This document shows positions 32,161 through 43,080 of a DNA stretch of 64,000 bases, piece by piece. Origin of the DNA: Corallochytrium limacisporum Hawaii (taxonomy: Eukaryota > Protista > Pluriformea); NCBI GenBank assembly GCA_002811645.1, contig PDIP01000028.1, forward strand, positions 124,001-188,000. The letters are read 5' to 3'. Numbering within the stretch: position 1 is the stretch's first letter; every line of letters begins with the position of its first letter. Both the position numbers and the translations under genes were made by a program. The notes under the pieces are model-generated. The model was not told the DNA's origin. It was given only the letters and a program-made list of their open reading frames with translations, and ran no database searches.

Positions 32161-33895
32161 GGTAGTTATGTCTTTCAACTTTGAAATAGCCTTGCACAAC
32201 TTCCAGCAGACGCGGTACTATCTGTCGCTCCCTGCTGTGCTACCAACCAATGTCTGCCTCCACAGTCGAGAACTTGTATCACCGTGCGATCACAAGTGTC
32301 ACGGGGAGGAAGTAGACCATACGCTGCTCACGAGTGTAGAGGTGACGCGCAGGGCCAATTTAATCACCATTGCTCAGAGTCGGTGACAGAATTAGAAGGT
32401 CGCTACTCTTCGCGCTGCGGCAGCCACACCATGGTCACCCGCAGGAACACGCGCCCGCTGCCACTCACTCTTTCGTGTGCCAACCCCCCAAACTGAAATG
32501 TTACAAAGGCAGCCTGGGAAGCAGGGGAGAGAGAGAGGGGCGGGGGCGTGTTTTGGGGACATACCCCCCCCCCGGGGGGGTTGTTCCGGCCTTTGCCAGG
32601 CGACTGACACAAAAAGAAAAGGGGGTCACACTGTGTGCACTGACCACCCGCAGTATTCTTGGTTTGAACTCCCAAGGAAAAAAGCGCGAACTGAGTATCA
32701 GGTATGGCCCAGAGAAAGTATAAAAAGAAAAAGGCCAAAAAAAAAGGGGGAAGCGGCAGCGTGTGTCTAAAGACACACCGACGGAAAGGGAAGTGCGAAG
32801 CGAAAGAGAACGGGACGAAGAGCGAGTGTTCGAGATGGGCCGGGCGGACAGTGATCGAAATCTCATAGCAATACCACTCTTCTGCTGGTTTGATGAAAGG
32901 TGTAATTTTCTTAAGTTTCCCCTGGCCGCGAGCAATTGGGAAAAATTATGTTAAGAAAAATTAGACCGAAAGACTGGCTTTTTTGGGGGGGGGAGGAACC
33001 AAGAAGCTCACGTCTCAGTAACCAAAAATAGACCCCGCGACCCACGGGACGCATTGGTGAGAAATTACAAGTAAGTACCGTTGGTACCGTCCAAAAGCCT
33101 TGGGCCTGCGATTATCTTTGCAAACAGAGGAAAAAAATAAAGGAGAAAGGCACCACCATTACCACACGTGAAAACCAACCCCTCCCTTGGCGGGGTAGCC
33201 ACTACTTTAGAGAAAGAAGGGGTCATCAAAGACCCGCCAAGGGTCATTTCGAACGGGCAGTGTGGTACGAGTGCTACTGCCGTGAACCTCTCTCGCTGAA
33301 CCCGGGGGGACACAGTGTCTGGCAAGGAGACAAAACGGCAGGGCACCAAGGCTTTTACGAGTGGGCTGGCTCTGGTTCCGGATCCGGCGGGGGAAAAAGG
33401 TGTGGGTGTCCCAGTCGTGCGCAAAGCAGAAGGAAAAATTTTTTTCTTATATATATTCTCTCCAGCCATGGATCCGCGGCAAGTCAGTTTGGGCACCTGA
33501 GCGAGAGGGCCGGAACCTCTCTCCCTCCCCCCCCCTTCCTTTTGTCGCTCGGTGTGGCGAGGGAGAGTGTAATAATTAGGCCCCCGTACCTGCTGTATCC
33601 ATCGCGCGCGAAAAGTTTGGGCCAGGGAGGGCGAGCAGTCAAGAGGGAGATCGATCGGCACTGAGTTCTCCAAGCACTTCGCCGTGTACCTTTCTCTGCG
33701 CTTCGTATGTGCGTGCACACGTTGCCTTGAAAGAAAGGTGCACATCGTATTACACGATGATGTTGTGAAGATTTTTTTGCTAACCCGGAATGTAAAACAT
33801 GTGGCTGGTATTTGAAACAGAAGTGTATTGTCTACGAGGTTGGAGGCGCTTTTGCTCTCTGTACAGCGATCCATCCTGCCTACTTACACTGCTTT

Positions 33896-34561
33896 ATGAT
33901 CAGTACCAAGTATCGAGTATTCTTACGCTCATTTCATACAACTGAGAAACGGATCCCATCTGATATTTTCCAGAAAGTCATGCCCGCCGTGTCCCAAGTC
34001 GAAGCTGGCTCGACCCACGCTGATAACATGAACATCACTCCAAAGAAGCGTAAGGAAACCGAGCCCAGCATTGAGGAATCTTCAGCCAAGGTTCAGGCTG
34101 TCGAAGCTGCTCCTGTGGCAACCCCCGAAAGCTTCGGTCCTCTTCAGGTCAAGCTGTGGTCTGATAACGCGAAGCTGCCAGCCCGAGGATCCTCCCACGC
34201 CGCCGGTTATGACCTGTACGCGGCCGAAGACCGCACAATTGAGGCCCAAGGCAAGGCCATCGTTCCCACTGATATTTCCATTGCTGTCCCTGCTGGCACC
34301 TATGGCCGCATTGCTCCACGTTCTTCTTTGGCATGGAAACACCACATTGACGTCGGTGCTGGAGTGATCGACGAGGACTACCGCGGAAAGGTCGGCATTG
34401 TGCTCTACAACTTGGGCAAGAATGACTTTGAAATCAAGAAAGGTGACCGCTGCGCCCAGCTGATTTTGGAGCGGATTATAACTCCTGAGGTGGTGCAAGT
34501 TGATGAGCTAGTTGAGACTGACCGTGGCGCAGGAGGTTTTGGGTCCACTGGTAAGAACTAG
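33896..34561 (+). CDS. DUT: dUTP diphosphatase
   Basis: Five motifs: [41 protein letters not shown]. ATGs at 33896 and 33980. Confidence 0.97.
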   Translation: MISTKYRVFLRSFHTTEKRIPSDIFQKVMPAVSQVEAGSTHADNMNITPKKRKETEPSIEESSAKVQAVEAAPVATPESFGPLQVKLWSDNAKLPARGSSHAAGYDLYAAEDRTIEAQGKAIVPTDISIAVPAGTYGRIAPRSSLAWKHHIDVGAGVIDEDYRGKVGIVLYNLGKNDFEIKKGDRCAQLILERIITPEVVQVDELVETDRGAGGFGSTGKN

Positions 34562-34684
34562 AACAGCATGGTAGGTAGCGGATGTTCATCAAGAAGAAAG
34601 ATGACGAGTCTCTGGCAGTCCCATCAACACCACAAAACTACTTTATAAAAGCAATCTAGTCCTTCGTTCGTTTATGTCTAGCCA

Positions 34685-37600
34685 TTAGTTGCACAGATCC
34701 TCCAACGTCCGCTTCACCGATCCTGCAAAGTCCTGAGAAGATGCCCTGATTTCAATTTCGATTACGTTTTGATCGTAATCGCTCTCTTGGGCACGGACAT
34801 ACACCCGCCCAGCCGCATTACCCACTGATGCAGCAGCATAGCCGCTGCGGTGCATGGCTACCTGCAGAAAGACGCGATGGAACAAAGGACGGCGGACGAA
34901 AGCATGATCCAACCGTTCGAGGGTCCAATTTTTGCGCAGAATCATAGACTCTCGACCTTTTAGAATGCGCCATTGTTGGGCAAAGTCGTGCTCAAAAACC
35001 TGAGGCATTGGCCGGAGGAAATCTGCGAAGTGCAGAGTACACGGCACATTCGTCACAGTGGACGTGCCATCGGTTGGATCGAGTACGGTGACCTCGAGAG
35101 TCAGGCGCGGGAGAATGTCGTCCGTATCATCGCTAGGCTCTATGTTGCTCCGTTCATTCCAAGCAATGCTGAAACACGCACTGCTCTGGTCGGTCCCTGG
35201 TCGGAGGTGGGCCACAGCACTAGATTCCCGCGTGGGATCAAAGTTGTCCTCGTCAGGGGAGCGCTCGAGTTTGGTTATGATAATCATTGAAGGTTGTCCC
35301 GAGATCACGCCAGATGCCTTGAGACCGAGCACGAGTCGCTTTCCTTTCAGAGGATCTCTTCCCTTGACGCGTCCGTCCTTCGCACAGCTAAATTTCAGCA
35401 CTAGATCATGCTCCCGCCAAATGCGCACAAGCGAAAGCGAGGGGAATTCCGAAAGCTGGGTTGGTTTGGACTGGCTGCTATCCAAGGAAAAGACAGCCGA
35501 GTACACTCCTGACCCTTCGTTGCCGGTCATCGACGATGGAGGGACGTGGACATCCAGGCCGCCCGAGGACCCGCTCAGTCGACCTGGGGACTGGGAACGA
35601 AGCAGGCTAGAGCCACTGCCACGACGTCGCGGGGACATGGCGCCGCCCATCGACGATAGTTCTCCAAGGAGGCCTGTGTCCTCACCTGCTGACATTGTTA
35701 GACCGACGCTGGCTTTGGACTTGACGGGAACCAGCGAAACGGGCTCCGTGCCTGAAGAGGCGACTTTGGGGCTGAGCTGGAGAGCATCAAAGGCGTCTCG
35801 AGTTCTTGAAATGCTGCCTTGGCGGCTGCTGCTGTTGCTCGAGCTCACGTCCAACTTGGCTGGCTCCTGGTTCTCTTCTTCCTCTTCCTCCTTTAGACCC
35901 GCAAACAGCTCGCGGGCAAGGTTTCTCTTACGCTCCTGCTTCTCTCGAAGCTTCTGCTGTTCGAGGGCAAGCTGTTGGCGCTCACGTTCCGCGCGCTCCG
36001 CAACTTCCTGTTGTTGGCGCTTCTGCTTTTCTTGTTCACGCATGTGATCCTCGTCTCGGGATTGCACGTTTGAGCTCAGAGGTGACCGGTTTCTAGGGAG
36101 ATGCGCTGCGGCAGCTTGGCGTCCTGGTTGGCTTTGTGCCAGACTCACGTCAATATGTGCCTCGACAGTAGACGCTTGTGAAGCCAGTCGCTGCTTCGAT
36201 GTCTGCAGGTTAAGGAGGTGACTTTCAACTAGTGATCCACCCTCATCGAAGAAGTGCGCAACGCCGGTGACATTGGACGGTGGGTTCGTATCGGAGGCTT
36301 GAGACGTGTTCAAGGCTTCTTGTGTGGAAACGGAACTTTCGCTCACGTTATCCGGAATGTGGTGCTCCAGACGAATATCTGTTGGAGAAATGTTGGCTAC
36401 TGAAGGGCGATGAAGTTCGCTTTCCCGGGTTAGAAAGTCGATCAGACCCTCTTCAGTCAGGGCATCTACTGCACCCGCACTATGGGCAGAGTTCACCATT
36501 GGAGGCACCGCGATTGAGCTCTTTAGAGGAGTAAATTGGATTCCCGTGACAGAGAACGCAACCTCTAGATTCACCAAGAGACCCTGCCTTTGATTGGGGC
36601 GCACAGTGTTGATCTTTCCCAGGCAAGATTGATATAGTTTTTTCACACCCTCGTCGTCTCCTGCCTCACTCTGCAATGTTCTTTGCAAAACAGTGTAGAT
36701 AGCGGATAGTAGAATTATCAACTCAAAGGGGCTGAATGGTGCAGACCTCTTGTTCAAAAGTGCCGTCAGGAGCGACACGGGCTTGTCTTGTGGCTTCGCA
36801 GCATGACAGGTATACCACACAAGAATCAAGAACCGGAACTTGTTGTTTGTACCTGATTGGTTTTCAATCATCTCCTGAATTGCAATGATGAATTGATCGC
36901 TAAGGCCGGGAGGTGCTGAAACACATAGATCCGCAATGGTCTTCAGCACTCTTTGGAAGTCAGCGTCTTGAACGCCGATACACTCAAGGGTTTGCCAGTC
37001 AGCATGTCGAAGCGATCCGCCACAGTATTCGCACAACTCCCAAACTGCTTGCATGAGGGACTGTAACTCCGTGAGGTACGTCTCAGCGACCTTCCAACAC
37101 AGATTGAACGTTTGCTCCGCGTCGGCTACGGTGTAGGTAGACGGGGAACGTTTACCGTTGATGTTCTTACTGACGTCCCTCATTTGGCGTTCCAGGGTGC
37201 CCAACATTACCTTCAAAATAGCTTGTGCGTTGTCCTTGTTGGCTATGCGGAACAGCACTTCCAATGCGGCACTGTTAATAAGTGGATCGGCCTCTTCGTC
37301 CGCCTCACCATCAAGGCAATCTACAACTTCCATCCGAAAGGAAGAGATGATGTCCAATGGCACACTGTTCATCAGCTTAAGTCCCTTCCATCGAAGATTT
37401 CGGCTGGGCGAAGACAGGAAGGATCTGATTGCCTCTTTGACAGCCCCAGTTAGCCCTTCAACCTCTTTCAGCGACTGATGGGCAGCGCTGTAGAGAAGTA
37501 CAGCCTCACTAATAATCATGTATGCCATGATTGATGTCTTTGGAATGCGTCTTAGTGATGTCATCAGCGTGGACGCAAGCTTCTCACTGCTCATGTCCTC

Positions 37601-38770
37601 GTCTGTCACCCTGAACACTTGCACAATATCAGCAATCAGGGCCAGTAGATTGGAATGAAGGAAAGGTCTTGTAAGTCCTTTGTGGCCTCGTCGGCTTGCC
37701 TGGTCTCCTGAAGGACTCTCGCTGCCAGATCCGACGTCTCTCATGCCTGTAGCATTTCCTTCGGACAGATCCACAGACAGTTGACACAACTGATCTAGCA
37801 ATTCTCTAAAGATATTGCCCAGTCGCTGAGAGGGACTAATATTTTGAGCTGCCATGAATCTCATTAGGTGGCGCATTGCTGCTATCACCGAGGCACGCAC
37901 GTTCCAGTTGGGATCATTGAGACGAGATCGAATTGTCCATGTGCTCTCTGCTAGCTTGTCGTCAATTGAAGCGAAACTCCCTGTGCGGGTGGCTTCGACC
38001 ACTGCAGATTCAATCTCCATTAGGGTCAATTTCCCGGTGACGTATACTGCTCGGGCTCTCACTGCTGGCCGTGGGTGATCAATAAGCTTTCCAATAACCG
38101 GCAAAATTTGTGATACGACTGCAGAGACATCGATTCGCATCGACCCAATCAATCCTAATAGCAGACGTGACTCAATCAGGTCATCCTGCTGCTTTGTGGG
38201 GCTAATGACCGCGGGTTCTGATGTACCGTTCGATAGTGAACTGCTGGCCTGACTTCGCTGATCACTGGAAAATGCTATAGCTGAATAGTTCAGGTCTTGC
38301 AGTATACTATTAATGACCAAATACTTTAGATCTTCCGGGCCCTGTGGTATCAAAAGCCCCGCCCCAAGGTAGCCTATCCGTCGTTCACGTAGACTGTACT
38401 GATTTCCGGTGAGTTTAATGCTAGGCACGAGCGCAACAGAAGGCACATCCGAAATAAGACCCATAACATGCAAACAGATCGCCTGCTTTAGTAATATTTC
38501 TTTCGCCGGCAAAGGTTCCTTCATGAGCCTCTGAATATGCTCGCGCGCTGCTGTGGTGGGCGATCCATTCGGTGACGCTGCAGATCTTTGTATACTCTCT
38601 AACAGTTCCCCAGGTTTTACGGACGCTCCATCGCCGCCACGCGCGGAAAGCTCTAACTGGGCGACAACTGTGTGCCACAGCCGTTGAGCAGCCAGTTTTT
38701 CACCGGCTGGGGTGGTCGTAAGCGCAATGGCTTTGAGCGGATCATCATACTCACTCTTATGTGTACTCAT
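34685..38770 (-). CDS. AP4E1: Adaptin large subunit, most like AP-4 epsilon (divergent)
   Basis: Adaptin_N motifs ERRIGYLGAGLLI, LVINSILQDL, NLRWKGLKLM; long disordered hinge; appendage platform DFLRPM....DFAQQW. Confidence 0.7.
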   Translation of the reverse strand: MSTHKSEYDDPLKAIALTTTPAGEKLAAQRLWHTVVAQLELSARGGDGASVKPGELLESIQRSAASPNGSPTTAAREHIQRLMKEPLPAKEILLKQAICLHVMGLISDVPSVALVPSIKLTGNQYSLRERRIGYLGAGLLIPQGPEDLKYLVINSILQDLNYSAIAFSSDQRSQASSSLSNGTSEPAVISPTKQQDDLIESRLLLGLIGSMRIDVSAVVSQILPVIGKLIDHPRPAVRARAVYVTGKLTLMEIESAVVEATRTGSFASIDDKLAESTWTIRSRLNDPNWNVRASVIAAMRHLMRFMAAQNISPSQRLGNIFRELLDQLCQLSVDLSEGNATGMRDVGSGSESPSGDQASRRGHKGLTRPFLHSNLLALIADIVQVFRVTDEDMSSEKLASTLMTSLRRIPKTSIMAYMIISEAVLLYSAAHQSLKEVEGLTGAVKEAIRSFLSSPSRNLRWKGLKLMNSVPLDIISSFRMEVVDCLDGEADEEADPLINSAALEVLFRIANKDNAQAILKVMLGTLERQMRDVSKNINGKRSPSTYTVADAEQTFNLCWKVAETYLTELQSLMQAVWELCEYCGGSLRHADWQTLECIGVQDADFQRVLKTIADLCVSAPPGLSDQFIIAIQEMIENQSGTNNKFRFLILVWYTCHAAKPQDKPVSLLTALLNKRSAPFSPFELIILLSAIYTVLQRTLQSEAGDDEGVKKLYQSCLGKINTVRPNQRQGLLVNLEVAFSVTGIQFTPLKSSIAVPPMVNSAHSAGAVDALTEEGLIDFLTRESELHRPSVANISPTDIRLEHHIPDNVSESSVSTQEALNTSQASDTNPPSNVTGVAHFFDEGGSLVESHLLNLQTSKQRLASQASTVEAHIDVSLAQSQPGRQAAAAHLPRNRSPLSSNVQSRDEDHMREQEKQKRQQQEVAERAERERQQLALEQQKLREKQERKRNLARELFAGLKEEEEEENQEPAKLDVSSSNSSSRQGSISRTRDAFDALQLSPKVASSGTEPVSLVPVKSKASVGLTMSAGEDTGLLGELSSMGGAMSPRRRGSGSSLLRSQSPGRLSGSSGGLDVHVPPSSMTGNEGSGVYSAVFSLDSSQSKPTQLSEFPSLSLVRIWREHDLVLKFSCAKDGRVKGRDPLKGKRLVLGLKASGVISGQPSMIIITKLERSPDEDNFDPTRESSAVAHLRPGTDQSSACFSIAWNERSNIEPSDDTDDILPRLTLEVTVLDPTDGTSTVTNVPCTLHFADFLRPMPQVFEHDFAQQWRILKGRESMILRKNWTLERLDHAFVRRPLFHRVFLQVAMHRSGYAAASVGNAAGRVYVRAQESDYDQNVIEIEIRASSQDFAGSVKRTLEDLCN

Positions 38771-39395
38771 TGTAGATTAGCCAACTGGAGTATTCCAATG
38801 ACGGGACCCTAGGCACACTTGTCACATTGTTGCTACCGATATCGACAACCTCGACCTACGTTTATTTCGCTTGCATCACTATACTTTTTTCCAATTAGTT
38901 CCGGATCATATGCGCGCGATGGTCCCTTGATATCAATTCTAGCGTGCACATATCATGGTCCATACGCAGTCGGCCTCTCTCTAACACCCGTCCGAGCCGG
39001 CTCCAGATAGAAAGGACGAGGCAGGGAGGGTTCCGGCCTCCCCTCAAATTTGCGCCGCGCCTCCGGAACACGGCGCAGACAAGCGGCCCCCTTCTCCCCC
39101 TCCCCCCAACCCTCCCTTCCCCGCGCCCAAAAAAATGAGGGTTGGGGCAGATGGGGTAGGCGGGCCTTCACCTGAGGCACGCACAGGAGACGCGTCTCAG
39201 CAGGGTCGACCATCAGCGTGCCGTGTAGACTGCTCTCTGTTCCACTATGTTGATCAGCTCCTTGAACAATGTCTTCTCTGCTTCCATAGATGGCTCACCT
39301 GTTCAGTGAAATATCAAGGCTAAGGTAACTACGTGATGCGATCATGTGGATTTGACCCGCCTTTTGGCAGAAGCTAGAAACGCAAAGATACTGGC

Positions 39396-40595
39396 ATGAG
39401 CTTCCGTCCAGTTCCGCTCAAAAGTCCAAATTTGGAACGAGATCGCTGGACCATTATTGAACACGTGGATTTTACGTTCTTAGAAGAGCACTTTGAACGG
39501 AACAGACCGCCGCTGTGTTGCATCCAAAACGAGACGCGTTCCGACAACAGGAAACTGGCACCGATCATTGCGGCACTGCGTCTGGAGAAGGATGGGTATG
39601 AGCTAAGGATTTGTTTCGATTGGCACTACATCTACACAGAAAGGATCATCGGCAGTCCCTCACTGTTTGCGCGAAATACAGAATGTAATCGCAGCAACGA
39701 CGAGTTCGAAACAGTGGACGCTCTGATCGCTGCATTAAAGGAGGCATTTGCCGACATTGAACAGTTCTCGTACGGACACGAAAGACGACCAACTCTTCAA
39801 TTGGTTGCGGGATCACACGAACACACAAGTGTTAAAGAAGAGGACGACTCGGCGCAAATAATCTTGAAGATTCATTGCAAAAAGCCATACGAATTCAAAT
39901 GGACTTGCAAACTGAAACGGGACACTGAAACCAACTTCCTGCGGACAGTTTTGATACCGGAACGGTACGCTTTGAATATCCTTGATCAGGCATTGATCCA
40001 ATTTGATAAGAGTGTGGGCGACCTGATTGTACCCGAAGTATCCAACAAGCGACCATATTCTGTGCGCTCCCTTTGGAGATCTTGTCTTCGGGATCAGCTG
40101 AAAAACTCCCTGCCTGAGGACGCCACACAAGAGGCATCTGTGTCGCTAGATCGGCACCTTGGATCTCAGCAGTCTAGCACGTCACAACTGACCTCGTCGC
40201 AAGTTCTCAGTCATATGAGTGCACTTGACTCTGCGCTGGACTTTTTCCACCAGATATTCGGAGATCGGATCGCAAACAATCGCCGAGGGAACGATAGTGT
40301 GAAAGGGAAGGAGGAAGGGTCGGAGGCAAGAGCCGAGGTCGTAGACGAACAAGTGGACAACAAAATCGGCTCGCTATCTGACGTTGACGAGGACATTGCT
40401 ATTGCTCAGGACGCTCTCAACACAACAGCGAGTCTGCCGACGGCAACCACCATCGAACAGCCACAACCGCAAGGAGTGAACCCTCGACGGCAAGGATCTC
40501 AGCAATCCAACACTCCAACACAGGAACCAAGTGAAGAAGTAGAAGAGGACAATCGCGTGAGGAAAGCTCGTAGACTTCTCGGTTTTGGTCGATGA
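39396..40595 (+). CDS. Probable XLF/Cernunnos/Nej1-like NHEJ factor
   Basis: Head-domain-like YELRICFDWHYIYTE..ARN.ECN and EFKWTCKL; SQ-rich disordered tail; basic-hydrophobic end RKARRLLGFGR resembling the XLF Ku-binding motif. Similarity is weak. Confidence 0.5.
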   Translation: MSFRPVPLKSPNLERDRWTIIEHVDFTFLEEHFERNRPPLCCIQNETRSDNRKLAPIIAALRLEKDGYELRICFDWHYIYTERIIGSPSLFARNTECNRSNDEFETVDALIAALKEAFADIEQFSYGHERRPTLQLVAGSHEHTSVKEEDDSAQIILKIHCKKPYEFKWTCKLKRDTETNFLRTVLIPERYALNILDQALIQFDKSVGDLIVPEVSNKRPYSVRSLWRSCLRDQLKNSLPEDATQEASVSLDRHLGSQQSSTSQLTSSQVLSHMSALDSALDFFHQIFGDRIANNRRGNDSVKGKEEGSEARAEVVDEQVDNKIGSLSDVDEDIAIAQDALNTTASLPTATTIEQPQPQGVNPRRQGSQQSNTPTQEPSEEVEEDNRVRKARRLLGFGR

Positions 40596-40605
40596 TCTGA
40601 CAATC

Positions 40606-42096
40606 ATGACTGGGAGAGCGCTATCGCAGAAAAGGTCAAGTCAAGGATCCCCGCTTCGGAGTAAGGCGAGGGGGACAAAGTCCCAGGGGAGATCCCTTGC
40701 AGGGTTTAGCGGAAAGAAGAAGCCAGCCTCAAAACGTGGGTCATCATCCATTTCGTCGCCTCTGGGATCGTCCGTGAACAAGTCAAAAAAGCGTGTGACA
40801 TCACCGGGCATCAGTCTGTCACAACCAAAGCGTGCGATACATCGCAAGAGTGCCCTCTCACAAGCGCCTTCGCGGACCCAGCAACAGGAGCGCGATGAGC
40901 AAGAGATTATGGAAGAAGTCCTACGCGATTACAGTCTGGGAGTTGATGTCAAGACTGAGCTGCGGAAGTCGATTGCAGGTGGTGCAATGAATATGAACTT
41001 CCCATCGTTCACAACCCTGGTACAACAGCAAATTATTGCCGATATTGAGCACTGCATGGATAGCGGACGGGTGAATGAAATTGGCGTCCATCTGGCCAGA
41101 CTTCTACCGGTTGTGAGGCTTCATGTAGACTTCATTTACTGCTGGGGTCGGGCGCTCTTTCTATCAGCTCTTGCGGCTAGCCGTCATCATAGAGGAGGGC
41201 TCGCGGACGATGTGTCCATGACAACTTCCGTTGCATTGCGGTTCCTCCGGCGCTTCCTGACCTTGGCCTCCAATCGACCGCGCACTGACCTAGCGCTGGA
41301 GATTGCTGCGTTCTACGCTAAGTATTTCTCCTTTGAAGATCTCCTGGCGTTCATCACGCCCATCATTGCAAATGAACCGTATGCAAGCGATCCGCGCTTC
41401 CATGCCCTGGTTGGATTTGCCAAGAATCTGGGCCAGAGACCGGGCTCTGGTGACAACGATCTTCGGTTTGCTGTAATCAACATTGATCGTGGCAGGACGG
41501 CTGCCATGGCAGCTGCATGGATCAGCAGCCAACTGCAGAACATTACAAGCAGTGATGACCCGAAGCCGCTTGAGCAGCTGCTGGCCATTTGCATGCTTTC
41601 GCGTGCTGCACGGAGCAGAGTCTTGACTCAGCAAAGACTCGGTCGAGACTTCCGCCTGGATCGACTCGTTCTGACTCTGTTGCATGACACCCGCCTCCAA
41701 TCTGACCTGCCCTTGGCCAAGACCCGAGAGGTCGCCATTTTAGTCGCGTGTCGCGAAACCGACCCGTCCTACGTTCCTGCTTCATGCAGCATGGTAGAGA
41801 GTATGTGGAATGAAGGCTATCTGAGCACATACGAGGCTTTAGAAATCTGCGTGGATGCGCTTTCCCCGGCAGTGACTTACATTGAAAGTCAAGCTGCTGA
41901 CGAGGACGCAGTTGCCATGATTGCTGCCTACGCTGTATTTGCAGCCCGGGTTCTGGAGGCCGAGATTGAACAAGGCCTGTGGACAGATCCGGTTGAGCTC
42001 TGGACCTTCTGCGGCGGATTAGAGCTGCCTGAGAGTGACACAGAGGAGTTCCAGAAGCTCAGAGATGTGCTTCTAGGCAAGAAATTCAAGTTGTGA
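40606..42096 (+). CDS. Hypothetical protein: basic low-complexity N-terminus plus helical/TPR-like body (possibly Rrn11/TAF1A-like)
   Basis: 496-codon ORF with coding-like composition; K/R/S-rich first ~90 aa. Family guess is weak. Confidence 0.6.
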   Translation: MTGRALSQKRSSQGSPLRSKARGTKSQGRSLAGFSGKKKPASKRGSSSISSPLGSSVNKSKKRVTSPGISLSQPKRAIHRKSALSQAPSRTQQQERDEQEIMEEVLRDYSLGVDVKTELRKSIAGGAMNMNFPSFTTLVQQQIIADIEHCMDSGRVNEIGVHLARLLPVVRLHVDFIYCWGRALFLSALAASRHHRGGLADDVSMTTSVALRFLRRFLTLASNRPRTDLALEIAAFYAKYFSFEDLLAFITPIIANEPYASDPRFHALVGFAKNLGQRPGSGDNDLRFAVINIDRGRTAAMAAAWISSQLQNITSSDDPKPLEQLLAICMLSRAARSRVLTQQRLGRDFRLDRLVLTLLHDTRLQSDLPLAKTREVAILVACRETDPSYVPASCSMVESMWNEGYLSTYEALEICVDALSPAVTYIESQAADEDAVAMIAAYAVFAARVLEAEIEQGLWTDPVELWTFCGGLELPESDTEEFQKLRDVLLGKKFKL

Positions 42097-42204
42097 AGCA
42101 ATATACATTACATCCAATGGTTGAGGCCTGCTCCAATTTTGATATGGTTTATTATCATTTCAACATATGTTCACAACCGAATTTCGGCGCCACTGCAAGA
42201 AAGT

Positions 42205-43080
42205 CTATCCGTGGGTCTCACCAACCTCACCAGCCACACGTTTAAACTCCTTCATGTTGGTCGCTTCCGCAGGCTGTCCGAGGAGGATAAGCTCTTCCAT
42301 AGTGGTGACATCGCCACCGCCCTGGTTGTCCTTGATAAAGAGCAACAGGGAATGTACATTCTGAAATTTGACAAACTGTAACTCTCGAACACCGCTTTCA
42401 ATGCCCGGGACGAGGTCCTTGTCGGTCAGATCGAATTCCTGGGTGGCGGCCGCGGTTTCCGCGTCCTCGAATTGGAGCATGTGGATCGGGTTGGCAAATA
42501 AACGGACATGCTTTGGCCCTGTTTCCTTGTCTGTGGAACTAATCTTGATCGAGTGTAGACGCATAGGCTGCTTGAAAGGGATACTGATCAGCAGTTGCTC
42601 ATCACAATCACTCTGCAGACAGCCCGGTGCTTTGCCTAGTGCATTACGCAATGGCTTCGTATCGTCTTGATTAAGGCACTCCATCTGTGAATCGTCAATG
42701 TACTCCCGGATGTTGATAAATTGCTTGCCGTAGCTCTGCACGCCCTCGGGATCAGCGCCCTTGTGCATGGAGATCGTCCCCTCGAGCTTTTCTGCGTTTG
42801 CTCCTGAGAAAGAGGTGACCTTTGCCTGGTCTTTGAAGAACACGAAGGTCGGGGTAGAGGTTACACCGTGGGCTTGCGCAGCGTCTGGGTTAACTTTTAC
42901 GTCGACCTTCAGGAAACCCACACCCGGATACTTGTTGCTGAGTTCATTAAAAACCGGTGCGATCATCTGACACGGTCCGCAGGTGGCTGAGGTGAAGTCA
43001 ATCACGATCAATTTTCCTGCCCCAGCATTGTTGATTTCACCGGTCAGCTCGTCAGCTGTTGTTATGTTTTTCACCGGCAT
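42205..43080 (-). CDS. TXNL1: Thioredoxin-like protein 1 (Trx plus PITH domain)
   Basis: CGPC active site; PITH motifs ECLN, SDCDEQL, FVKFQNV, TNMKEFKRVAG..GE.H. First ATG at 43080. Confidence 0.95.
   Translation of the reverse strand: MPVKNITTADELTGEINNAGAGKLIVIDFTSATCGPCQMIAPVFNELSNKYPGVGFLKVDVKVNPDAAQAHGVTSTPTFVFFKDQAKVTSFSGANAEKLEGTISMHKGADPEGVQSYGKQFINIREYIDDSQMECLNQDDTKPLRNALGKAPGCLQSDCDEQLLISIPFKQPMRLHSIKISSTDKETGPKHVRLFANPIHMLQFEDAETAAATQEFDLTDKDLVPGIESGVRELQFVKFQNVHSLLLFIKDNQGGGDVTTMEELILLGQPAEATNMKEFKRVAGEVGETHG

Noticed and set aside
33071-33820. Possible 5' UTR intron of DUT (GTAAGT ... TGCTAAC ... ACAG)
   Set aside because: The signals are short and the span covers the promoter-like block; it cannot be supported without RNA data.
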